Shown piece after piece: positions 13,865 through 25,435 of a stretch of 64,000 nucleotides of DNA. The notes beneath the pieces are model-generated. The model saw nothing but the letters and a program-made list of their open reading frames with translations. It was not told the DNA's origin and ran no database searches. The stretch's first letter is position 1, and every line of letters begins with the position of its first letter. A program made the position numbers and the translations under genes. Source of the DNA: Lama glama (Eukaryota); NCBI GenBank assembly GCA_028534125.1, contig CM052816.1:10788001-10852000 (forward strand), given 5' to 3'.

Positions 13865-14085
13865 TGATGATAGTAGTTAGGATTGATAAAGCGTTGACTG
13901 TGTACCAGGCACTGTGCTAATCACCTATACATCCCTTTTATTCTCATAATAACCTTATGAAATAGCTAATGATAATATGCCCATTTTATGGATGAGTGAG
14001 TAAATCTCAGTCTTAGAACATAACTGCTGGTGATCCTACAGTTAGTAAGAGGCAGAGGCCAATGGCCTGGCTCCACGGCCCATGC
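13865..14085 (-). mobile_element. MIR SINE
   Basis: GTGTACCAGGCACTGTGCTAA...CCCATTTTATGGATGAG...GTTAGTAAGAGGCAGAG. Confidence 0.85.
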
Positions 14086-14184
14086 CTCTCCCACCATCCC
14101 TAGGGCTGAACTTGGCTTACTGATGGCGACTTCCCCATCTAAGGATCTGCCCTGCTCCAGTCTCTACTCAAAGAGTTAATATAG

Positions 14185-14640
14185 GGACACTGTTTTGTGC
14201 CCTGTGTCATCCTCACCTTGTCCAAGCACAGATGGTTGGACTGGTAGAGAAGGACTGACCAAAAGGCAGCCAAACCACTAGGCTGACTTGTGACCCCTGA
14301 TGCGGCCTAGTACCAAAAACAAAACAAAATGAAACAAAACAAAACAATTAGTGGAGGTTATCCGATCCCTTCCACTAGGAATTCAGACTAAAAAATACCA
14401 CCAAGGTATTTATCTTGGAGAGCTTAAGAGGAAATAAAACATGAGGTCAAGTCGAGGCTGTGAAGTCATAAGGCAGCAGTGAGCAGTGGAATGCATTTGG
14501 TGGAGAGAGCCTCAGAGAACACAGAGAAATAGAGGAAAATCTTGAGAAGGGAAAAAAGGAGCCAAGAGCCAGGAATGCCCCTAACCTTGATGCCTTTCTG
14601 GTTTCGGTCCATGGGAATCCTTACAACATATAGTTGTGAG
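14185..14640. mobile_element. Possible old ERVL-type LTR (LTR16-like) relic
   Basis: GATGGTTGGACTGG...CTGACC...CTAGGAATTCAGACT pattern. Highly decayed. Confidence 0.35.
14314..14346. repeat. (AAAAC)n imperfect microsatellite
   Basis: Directly visible. Confidence 0.85.
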
Positions 14641-15006
14641 AGTGAAGTGGGATGATTTATGTCAGTCACCCAGCAGAATGCCTGATGCATAGTGAAGTTG
14701 TCGAGACAAGTCAGCACTATTATTATGTCTGTTATTATTATTATTGGAATTTTCATGGGATTTGTCTTTTACTTGAAAGATGCAAAACCTCCTCTCATTC
14801 CCAGCTTACCAAGATGCATACAGCTAGGGTTATGAAAAGCCATAGTCTTCCTTTCATCCTTGAACTGGATTCCTTAACTGTTACAATTTATAATTCAGAT
14901 TTCATCTTCCGATTATCTTAGTTTTCTTTCGGATCGATTCCACACCCACTAATGAACTATCATGTCGAGCAATGGGGAGCTATTGCCATAATCTGTTTTC
15001 CTCCAA

Positions 15007-15186
15007 NNNNNNNNNNNNNNNNNNNNNNNNNNNNNNNNNNNNNNNNNNNNNNNNNNNNNNNNNNNNNNNNNNNNNNNNNNNNNNNNNNNNNNNNNNNNNN
15101 NNNNNNNNNNNNNNNNNNNNNNNNNNNNNNNNNNNNNNNNNNNNNNNNNNNNNNNNNNNNNNNNNNNNNNNNNNNNNNNNNNNNNN
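15007..15186. other. Assembly gap (180 N)
   Basis: Run of N. Confidence 1.
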
Positions 15187-16069
15187 ACCCGTTTGCAGTT
15201 TTATAAACAGAGCATCTGTTAAAATATGCAGAAATGACAGTCACAGTCATTAGCAGAGAGCAATATAGCTGTGGCAGATTTTTTTTTTAAGCTTTTGATG
15301 ATAATCTCCTCTATCTGTGATTCATGCTTCATTCCCATTCTTGCTGAATCTCTTTTGTTCCCCTCTGTTCTTTTGGGTTACAGCACTTTTAACCCAAGAC
15401 TGAAAAGTGGACATGTGTTTTCCCAAGCGAGGTTGGCACCGTGCCATTCCACAGTGTAACGAAGTGAGTGCAGCCCAGACATATTTTCTTGCAAAACTGT
15501 GTATTTCGGGTATGCAGTACGCATGCACTGGAGCAGCCAGAAGGTGAAAAACCCTAATTGGCTTCACACTTCTTTTATTGACCTTGAAAACTTGCAGTCC
15601 TGGCATTTAACCCAAAGTAAGTAGAGCTCCCCACCAACACCACTCCAAATCTCTCATATTCTCTCTCTATGGATTGAAATTTTTACTGTGTTCATATTTA
15701 AATTAGCCTGGTGCAGTCCACCTCCAGGATGAAGACCAGGAGAAATATGGTCATTGCCAGGTAATGGCAATGACTGTTAGATTTGATATGACACCCTAGC
15801 TTGGTCCCCTCCTTGTTGAATAAAGAGATTATCATTCTGCTTAAGAACTGGGGAGTAGGTAAACTTCCTTTAGCCTTGGCTTTGTTCTGCCTGCCATGGA
15901 ATGGGAATCAGCAGACATTCCCTACAGAAATTAAAAAGTCACCTCTGAGGGTTCAGTGTGTCCATCACCTATCCTTATCAGTCAAAGCTTTTATAAAGTC
16001 TCAACATCACTCTGATTTTAGCCCTAATAGATCTTTCTAAATGGGCCCACAAGGGAAAAGAAGACAATG

Positions 16070-16275
16070 CAATAAAGTTGCTGAAAGCAGACTCTGGGGT
16101 CACATAGACACAGACCTGACTCTTGCCTGCCCTAGAGAAAGTTACATCTCAAAGCTACAATTCCCCGTCTGGACTTTTAATGCCTCTGTCAGAAAGTTGT
16201 TGAGAAGATTCAAAGAGGAAACCCCAGCAAAGCACCTAGGCTGGCACCTTGGTAAGTATTAAGTAAATCTTAGTT
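16070..16275 (+). mobile_element. MIR SINE (decayed)
   Basis: GCAGACTCTGG...GTTGTTGAGAAGATTCAAAG...CTGGCACCTTGGTAAGTATTAAGTAAAT. Confidence 0.6.
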
Positions 16276-19074
16276 ACTCACCGTTGTTACTTTTTTATTG
16301 TTTTTGTTCTTTGGCCCAACACATGGTTAGTTAAGTTAGGTGTTGATTTTAACATCAGTGGGAACTTTGTTTTTAAAATACTGAAAAAATTTAAAGCATT
16401 CATTTGTTTGAGAATATCTTCTAAGCACCCACGCCTTGGCTCAGTACTCTGTTCAGTGTTGTGCAGCGTGTGAACACTCATCCTCTAGTGTATCTTGATC
16501 AGTCAGTCAGGGGCTCATGGGTACCAGTCAGCACAAAGTGGGTTATAGGGAAGATCCAAGCCAAGGATGTGGAGGCTGGGGATAAGAGAAATAAATTAGC
16601 CCTGGAGAAGGCTTCATTATGGAAGCCAGGGTCCAAGAGTCTCAACAAATCTCTCTGGTGACATGTTGGGGAGAGGGAAGGCTAAGTTTCATGGGAAGAT
16701 CAAAAACAGTAGCCAAATGAGGCAGCAGGGTGGAAAAAGTTGGAATAACATAGGCAAGGAATGGGCCAATTTGCGTTCTGGGGAAATCAAAGAGGATTGG
16801 AGGGTAAAAGCCAATTAGAGGATCAAAACCAGACTCACCAAGCCCCTGAAGAAACTGGGGGATAAAACAGAAGGCTCCTGAGAAGGAGGCTAAAAATAAG
16901 ACAAATGCTTGTCTAGGATAGAGTGGTGACTAAGGGTGACTCGGAAAGAAGATTAATGGCTTGTTTGTCCGTCTCCCAGCCTGCCCCGGGACCAGCCCCA
17001 GTTTTCTTCCACATTCATGGCATTTACTGGCACTTGTGGCTGCATAGCTCCCTGCCAACCTGTGAACTCTGGGAGCTAAACCCGGCATCTGCAGGCAGCA
17101 GCTTTCTATGCTTTCAAAAGGAAAATTGCAGTTGTGCTTCGGCGTCCTGAGCACCAATTAAAGTGTCAGGCTTTGAAACAAACAAATACGGATAACAAAG
17201 AGGGGGATAATGTGTTAAAATTAGGTTCTCGGGTATCCCCGTTAATTTGGAGCTTCCAAGACAGTTACTGCATGTTCAATAAATACCTTTTGACGACAGG
17301 CACGCCTGGGAACAGGAGATGCCCAGCAGATAGGTCTCTTGAAGCACGCGGTTAAAATATATCTTGTTTTATCATACTCAGCATGGAGGCAGCGTCTTTC
17401 AGCTTTACAGCTCTTAGGAACATTAATCCCTCCAGAGGCCAGAAAGACGAGTGTTATTGTCCTACTGCTAAAAATAGAGAAAAGAAACAAAGCCAGAGAG
17501 CTGGTTTTGAAAATCAGGATGGTGAGTTCAGTATGCACGGAACCCCTGTATGATGCTCAGTACACACAAAACCACTGCATAATTAAATAAACTGTGTAAA
17601 CACCCAGAGGTCGTTAGTGGGGGAGCCTGTGGAAATGAAGAAATTAGCAATAGTGGCATGGATTTTTTAAAAAGCAATTATTTGCTTTATATGATGATGA
17701 GAATCCACAGATGGTGCATCTTCAGGTTCTTGAGCGCCTTGAAAGCCTTTAAAGCATGATTGTATTCACGTTACAAATAACAGCCTGTGGGATGTACATG
17801 AGCGCCATTTATTCTATTGATTGCATTGGAACAGTGCTTGTTTTTGCGTGGATCATGGTGGCTCATCCGCATGCTGTCAGAACACAGCAGGGATGTCAAG
17901 AGCTAACAAAGCATTAACTCCCCAAATTTTCAGAAGAATTGAGCTCATTTTCCACTTCTAGCTTGAAAGGTAGCGTCCCCGTGGGATGGGGACACCAACT
18001 GGTGAGTTCAAACTGATACTTCCCATTGCCAGTGGTACTGGATCAAGTCACTATCTCCACTACGGAAGACCAGAGTGGACCCTGAGCAGTGGCAGTAAGC
18101 ACCAGGTGTAGGTACTCACCAACATCCCAGGGTCTGAATAAAAGCTTGGGCTTTCTGGCCAGGTTTAGTCCAAGAATGCCTTTTGGCAATGGTAGCCACC
18201 AAGAGGGCCTTCCTAATATTTAGCCTGATTAGTTTCATTTTCTACCCTCTGCTCATAGATGAGACCACCCACATTGTCTATTTGTTCATTCACTTGGCAA
18301 GTCTTTATTAAGCATCAGTTATGGGCCAGGTCCTGTGCTAGGCATTTATGGGAGAAATAGTGTCTTTCGTGGGTTATCATTGCCTTGACTTCAGGAATCT
18401 TGTCTTCTTTTCCTGTTTCCCCCAAGGTACTTGACACAGTGTATGGCACATGGTAGGCACTCCATTAATGTAAATGAGAAGAAAAAGAGTGGTCTGCCAT
18501 TTGCAGCTACCAGAGCAGTCAGATGCCAGGGAAGTGGCTTTTTGTCTCTTAATCATCTAACCCTATTCCTACATAAAAATTGCATTGCCCATGGTGAAAG
18601 CGAATGGGTAATTTCAAGTTCTGCTCACTCCATCCTTTATGATGGCTCTTCTATAGTGACTTGGCTGTGGGACACTTATATATATGGACTTGGAAGTATG
18701 GAAGCAGATCACCAAATGCACCCACTTCACCAGCGCATGTGGACCCGTCAAGAAGATGCCCTTTGTTTTTGTTTTGTTTTTTCATTTCTCAATTTAATAA
18801 GATGATGCCACTGCATTGCTGAAATTCTCTTCAGATGGCAGATCATTACAGTGCCATTCTTATGTGGGTGTTAGCATCCATTGGTGTACCACCATTTGAG
18901 TCAGCAGTAAAAACCACTGGATGAATGGCTACAGTAGAAGAAGTGAAGCAGAGATGCTTATTAGGCAGTAACTGGGCAGCTGAGTGCAATAGTGAAATGC
19001 ACAGCGGTAAAAAGCAGCGATTGCCTGTGTGCGTGTTTGTACCTAGATGAGTGTGTGCATAGATAAAAATGGCA

Positions 19075-19270
19075 ATCACTAACAATGGCAGTGCATCTAC
19101 TGTATGCCAGACACTATGTTAGCAATTGTACGTGTGTCATCCCATCTCATCTTCCTAACAGTCCTTGTGAAGTGGATACTTTCCCTAGCCCTATTTATAG
19201 ATGAAGAAACCGGTAATACTCATGACCAGGGAACTAAGAGTCCGTGATCTTCATCACGCCACTACACTGC
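19075..19270 (-). mobile_element. MIR SINE
   Basis: TACTGTATGCCAGACACTATG...TTTATAGATGAAGAAAC. Confidence 0.75.
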
Positions 19271-20317
19271 TATCTAAATGTTTACTACAACATGGTTAAA
19301 AGAATGGATTATTGATTGATGGTTGTTTGTGTAGGAATGAGAAATTATTCTTTTTGCCCCCATATTTTCACTTCTACAAAAATGTGGGAGAGATAGAGGC
19401 AGAAATCACTGTTGTCTTGGTTTTCCTGCGTTAGAAATTAGTCCAAATCCATTTGGTAGCCTCCCAATGAAACCAATAAATTGGATGAGTCAGTGGTTCT
19501 GAAAAAATTCTGAAATGAAAATTAAACTCCACTATATTAATATGGTGATTATTCACATCCCTAAAATAGAGGTAATTTGTAAGGACTGTTTTCAAAACCC
19601 TAAATAGAAACAGAAAGCAATACAATGTGCAAACATTTGGCAATGGCATTTGGTGTTGGAGGAGATCATTTGTGCAATTACCTTTAGATTCTAACAGATT
19701 GGGAATAAATATTAGCTATTTTCCTCATGGTTTTCTGGGGTTACTCAACTGCTGAATTGCTGGAGTCTTCTGCATTTCTGAGAAGCTCTGTACTTGCTTA
19801 TTTGATCAGAACCAAAAAGGAAGTGGACATTCACACCAACCCACTTGTAGCTCTGCTTTGGCAGTTTTTAGCTAAAGGAGAGTTACTTATTTGCTTAAGT
19901 TAACTGCTATTACACTTTGATTGCAGCTGTCATTGGTTGAAGGTATCCAACTAAGCTTGGGTCTCTATTGACAAATGCAAGACAGATTTCTCGGGTTATC
20001 TTGTCTTTTCAATGAATGAGTAGTCAAGACCCACCATTTTCTTCTGTGCAAAGTTCAAGCACTAATTTTATTACTAATATGAATAAATAAGTAATAAGAT
20101 CAATCTTAGTTCAAATGAGAAATTGATTGCCAGTTAACAAAAGAAGACTAACAATCTTTAGGAAGAGTATCCGACTATTTTTCCAAGCTAAGCTGTAGTC
20201 ATTACCTGTGTACAAGTGTCTTCCTTCTGCTCTAGTTCTATTTGTGAAGCTTAGATGAAGTAAAGTCCAATTCTTTTGGTCTTTTGGGGTGGAGACCTAT
20301 TGGTAGATTTCCTATAA

Positions 20318-20491
20318 CAGTGTTTCTCAAAAAGGTGTTGGGAATTTCCTGAGATATGTGTCAAAATGAAATTCCCAAGCTCCATTCAGTATCTACTGAA
20401 TCCATGTCTAGATTGTTCATCTGAAACCTGTATCTCTTAGCAGGATCCCCAAGTGAAGTTGACTCATACTGACTAAGTATGGGGACCCCTG
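20318..20491. mobile_element. MER5-like DNA transposon
   Basis: CAGTGTTTCTCAAA ... TACTGAATC ... GGGGACCCCTG, with a degenerate terminal inverted repeat. Confidence 0.6.
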
Positions 20492-20699
20492 AGCAAACTG
20501 ATCTTCCTGTGTTTGAATACAGTAACTTCAGCTCTTACCTTTGTCTTGGCATTGTGTTTGCAGCCCAGTCTAGCTCTGGAGGCAGGAAACTGAGTTCCTT
20601 TACTCACATGGCCATTCTTAGATCCTGTATAGTCTCTTCATCACTAATCCTAAACATCTATCAGTCAGTCAGATAATTCCACTTGGAAACAAGTGGCAA

Positions 20700-20930
20700 T
20701 ATTGAATATTAGTTAGGAGCACAGACTGCCTGGTTTGAGTCTCAGCTCGGCAAGGGGATATGTTTATACACAATTGACATGAGTGTTGCTGTCCAAGTTG
20801 CTGTGTGCTCTTGACTTCACTAAACTTTGATTTCCTCAACTGTAAAATGAGGATAGCAATAATATTGAGAGATCATAAGGTCACTGTGGGGACTAAATGA
20901 GTTGATTAAATGAATTAAGTCCTTCGATCC
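20700..20930 (+). mobile_element. MIR SINE
   Basis: CAGACTGCCTGGTTTGAGTCTCAGCTC...TTTCCTCAACTGTAAAATGAGGATA. Confidence 0.8.
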
Positions 20931-20944
20931 ACTCTTCTTGTCTA

Positions 20945-21945
20945 TAATGGTCTTCATTATTTCGTCCCATTTTGTGGTTTGAAACACTATCTGTATACTG
21001 ATAACTCCCAAATTCATATCTTCAGTCTAGTCTTCTCTCCTGAACTCTGGATTTGTATGTCCAGTTTCTTCTTCAGACCTCTACTTGGATGTTCAGTAAA
21101 GCATCTCAGGCTTCATATTTTCAAAGTGGGAACTCCTGGTCGTCTTCTAAACAGACCGTCTTCTACCTGCAGCTTTCTCAGTTGGTGGTCGCTTCAGCCT
21201 TCTGGTTCCTCAGGCCAAAAACCTTGGAGACCTCCTTAACTCACACTCTACATATAACATATCAGGAAACCCTACTGGCTTAATTTTTCAAATCTACCCA
21301 GATCCAATCTCTTTTCACCTCTTCCACTGCTCCCCTACTGATCCAAGCCACTATCCAGCCAGCCTTGTTGCAACAGCCCCTTGCTTCCATTCTTGCCGCT
21401 GACCCCCAAATCTATTCTCCATATGGTAGCCAGACTGATTGCTATAAGAATTCCGGTCAGCTCATGTCACCCCTCTGTTCAAAATCTTACAATGACTCCC
21501 TGTCTCCTTATGGTGGCCTTTCAGTTTCCTCTCTGACTTCACTCCTGCCGCTGGAACTCACCAGTCCTTAGGGCCCCAGCTCCTGCTGTTTCTTCTACCT
21601 GCACTGCTTTTCTCCCAGATACCTGCATAGCCAATTTCCTCACTTCCTTCAGGTCTCTGTTCCAGTGTTTTTTTAGTGAAGCCTATATTGACTACCTGTT
21701 TGAAGTTGAAGTCCCCTTGTACCTTTGGGTTTTCTCACCTGCCTTAACTTAGTCTATTATTTTCTTATAGCCATTTTCTAATATACTATATACTTTATCA
21801 TTTAATTGTTTCTTATATATCTCCCTCCACTAAAATCTATGCTCCAAAAAAATGTGTTTGTTTTGTTCATTGCTGTACTCCCAAATGTCCTAGAATAGTA
21901 CCTGGCATATAGTGAGTATTCAGTATTCCTTGAGTGGATGAATGC
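20945..21945 (+). mobile_element. L2 (L2a-like) ~1-kb 3' fragment including decayed RT motif
   Basis: ORF 20979 reads HYLYTDNSQIHIFSLVFSPEL, matching L2 RT YHLYADDSQIYISSPDLSPEL. Ends CCTGGCATATAGTGAGTATTCAGTA...GATGAATG. Confidence 0.9.
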
Positions 21946-22037
21946 GTGAACAATGCATTGGTGTTGACTTAAAATGTAGTTTATAATTTTGCACAGGTTT
22001 TTGTCTTGGCATTTGAACTGTTTGACATTTTTGGTCA

Positions 22038-22540
22038 CTGTATTGGTCAGGAGTCTTTTGACTAAAGGGCTGAAAAAATTCTACTAAAATTGTACTTAAT
22101 CAAAATTTTGGCACACACAAATTAAAAGTTCAAAAAATACTAGCTTCAGGTAAAGCTTGATCCAGAGCTTAGCTATGTCTCCCTGTTGAAAATCTCTCTG
22201 CTCTGCTTTCTTTATAGGCCCAGCAGCTGTTCGAGACTCTGTGTGGCAGAAAATTGGCTGCCATAGTTCAGAGCTTCACATCTCCTTAAATTTTAAGGAA
22301 ATATTTCCTAATATCTCATTAGGTCTATTTGGATTCTGTGCCCATCCCTAAATCTATTCCCTGTACTCGGTAAGATGGAATACCTAATGGACATAAGCCA
22401 AGTAGAGCCTAACTCTGATGTTGAGGGAGAAATCAGCACTGCCTGGATTCTGCTTGAAGATGAGAGAGGAAAAAGTCAGCGGATTGATTGTTGTCATAAG
22501 AAGGGAAGAATGCTTGTTGTGGAAACAGCCAGTGGTCTGG
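22038..22540 (-). mobile_element. Old MaLR LTR (MLT1-like)
   Basis: TGTATTGGTCAGG start, GCTTCAGGTAAAGCTTGATCCAG and TGTGCCCATCCCTAAA. A further fragment lies at ~22770-22990. Confidence 0.6.
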
Positions 22541-23199
22541 TATAATAGTAATGAGTACATGCTTATTAAGTTAAATATGATAGCATAAGGTTTGGAAGAA
22601 TTCAAGCCAAAAAAACATATGGGAGAACTGATGGATTTCCTCATTCATTCAAGAAGGGGAACAGCGTCTGCAGAAGCACAGAGGTATGAAAATGTGTGAC
22701 ATGTTTGGAGAGCTCTGAGGAGCTGGTGTGAAGGGAAGTGAAAGTAATTTGTTGGAATCTTCTCAGTGTAGCAACAAAGGTCTGGACTTAACTCTCATTG
22801 GTCCAAGTTGGATTATTTTTTTTATGCCTGAACCAGTCACTATCACAAGGGGGAGTATGCCAGTTAGCTCAGGCCTTAAAGATACTTGCACCAACAGACA
22901 CAGCAGATTAGACTGAGAGAAAAGAAAATTAGAATTTTCTTAACAGAAGAAAGGGGAAATGATGCTGAGGAGGTACCAGAAGCAGAAAAAGAACTGAAAG
23001 TCATCTCAGACCAATGGACCAAAATGTATCAATATGATATTGACACAACTTTATATGACATTAAATGTGGTGACAAGGTGAGTTATGGTATGAAAATTGT
23101 AAAATTCCTTGCCACTTCTTTTTATAAACACCCATATGATTCCACTTAGCAGTTTTTGAGTTATGCATGTGTCCCTCCAAAGGGCACAAGCAGAGAAAC

Positions 23200-23837
23200 T
23201 GTTGCGGGAAAATGGGGCCTGAGACGTGATTGTGTCCCAGGTCTTGGGCGAGTCCCTGGGACACACCCTGCCAAGTGAGGATCCTTGGCTTCACACAGGA
23301 AAGAATTCAAGAGTGAGCCAAAGTAGAGTGAAAGTAGATTTATTCAGGGAGATTCACATTCCATAGACAGAGTGTAGGCTGTCAGTCTCAGAAGGCAAGA
23401 GAGGAGATGGGTCATAATTGGAAAGTGAGAACAGCCTGGGAGGTACACATTTCACAGACAGAATGCTGGCCATCTCAAAAGGTGAGTGGCCCCAGGGTAC
23501 AAGGGTGGTTAGTTTTTATGGTTTTGATCATTTCATATGCTAACAAGTGGGAGGATTATTCCAACTATTTTTAAGGAAGGGGCAGGGATTTCCAGGAATT
23601 GAGCCACTGCCCACTTTTTGGCCTTTTACGGCCAGCCTTGGAACAGTCATGGAACCTGGGGGGGTGTCATTTAGCATGCTAATGTATTACAATGAGTGGA
23701 TAATGAGGCTCAAGGTCTACTGGAAGTCCTAGCTTCCACCGTCTTGGGGCTAGTTGGTTCTAACCAGTTTATGTCCAATCGTAACAGCTGTGTCATGCTG
23801 TTAATGATTATACCCTGTCTCCTTCCCTTCTGTCTCA
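23200..23837 (-). mobile_element. Solo LTR, ERV1 (MER41-like), same family in opposite orientation
   Basis: TGTTG...TCTCA termini with perfect TSD AAAC (23196-23199, 23838-23841). Shares CCCAGGGACTCGCCCAAGACCTGGGACA with the 4256 LTR. Confidence 0.9.
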
Positions 23838-24989
23838 AAACAAGTCCGAAAAGACAGGTGAGCAGGCATAGTTGAGTCCTCCCATTGCAGGCAGACTTCT
23901 CTTCTGTTTCATCTTCCTTTGGGGTGTAAAGAAGACTTTTTTGAGTGGAGGAAAAGAGAACCTAAAAGTTCACTAAATTTAAAGCTTTGAGTGTGAACTA
24001 TGTCGTTTGCTACTTGGCTTGTGGCTCTAATCAGGAAATTCAGAATTAAAATTTGAAGGGCTGACCCTTCTCCTTGTGTCCATTTTATTCAGTCTAAAAC
24101 ACTATTCCACATCCTTCTCTTCAATGCCAAGTACAATGCAGTGTGGACAGTCATGGTATATAGTACTTTATTCTTATTGGCATTGCCATATCTTTGGAGA
24201 AGAAAATGTGGCTGGCTTATCAAAGGTGTGGGGAGTGTGAGGATTACCACAGGTGACTTTATCCTTGGGAGGAATATTCAGGCAAGGCTCAGTGCAGGTG
24301 TGCACTTGGGTGAAAGGAGACATCAGGTATCTTTCTGCGCTCATTCTGAGACTCTATCTTGGGCTCATCCCCCTTTGCACGCTGCTCTCTGTTGCCTTGC
24401 TGGCATAATTAAGCAGTCCCAATGCTGCTGCCCCAGTTTCTAGTCCGTGGGTATGGAGAGCTGCCCTCACCGTGCCAGCCCCCAGCATGTTCCCTTGTTA
24501 AATTATGCATATGCTAATGGAGTGTGAAAATCAGCCAAATAACAACTCTTTCTAATCACTTAAGGTCCCAAGAGCAAAGAGGCTTTTTTTTTTCTGTTCT
24601 CTTAATTTTGGGGTGGTTGTTATGATTTGCAAGCCAATCGGAAGCACAATTCTCTGGGTGTTTCTCCTCTCCCAGTCCCCTTCCACAGAAATGAGGGTAA
24701 TTGGCATTCTCACTTCTACCTCGAGTGAGAAGAGTCTTCTGGAAAACCAGTGACCCACGGTGCCCTTTTCATTTGCATCTGGGGCTGGATAATCCCTAGT
24801 TTTACATTCAAACACAGAGCAGTCCCAAAGGGCAATTAACTAGACTACATTACTTCCTACCCCCTGGAGGGCCAGTGTTTGGGAACATCCCCTCCGGGGA
24901 CGATGCGTGCCAAGGCCCTTGTGTTGTGATTACATTTTACCTTTGCGTCTTTCAGTCAAGTCCCTGAGTCTTGGTGAGTCCGTCCATTA

Positions 24990-25435
24990 CCCTTGCAGAT
25001 CTTGTCATGTACTCTGGCTCCCTGATGTGGCCCCTGCCTGCCTGCCTCTCTGACCGCCTTCTACACTCTCCTCCCCATCACTTGCCTAGTACCACCTTGG
25101 TCCAATTGCATGCAGCTCTTCCCTCCTGGAAAGCTTTATCCACAGATCTCCATATAGTGACCTCTTCCTGTCCTTCCAGTCTCAGCTGGGCTGTCACTCT
25201 TCAGAGAGGCAAATGCTAACCACTGCTCTAATGTTGAACCCTATCCATCATTGTCATACGTCACCCCATCTTTATTCCCTTCAAAGCCCCCATCGCTGAT
25301 ACTGTCCCATTCCTTGGATTTATTGCCTTTTTCTCCTTGAGGGCAGGGGGACTTGACTGTCTCCTCTGCCACAACATCGCCAGGCCCCAGCACATGCCTG
25401 GCACACAGTAAATGCGCAGTAAATCTTTTTGCAGA
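24990..25435 (+). mobile_element. L2 3' fragment
   Basis: CTCCTTGAGGGCAGGG...CCCAGCACATGCCTGGCACACAGTAAATGCGCAGTAAAT. Confidence 0.75.

Noticed and set aside
14952-15253. ORFs spanning the N run (also 35314-35743)
   Set aside because: Artefacts of translating through assembly gaps.
22886-23149. Charged 87-aa ORF resembling a processed pseudogene fragment
   Set aside because: It starts in a purine-rich MLT1-like relic, has no poly-A or TSD, and matches no family I recognise.
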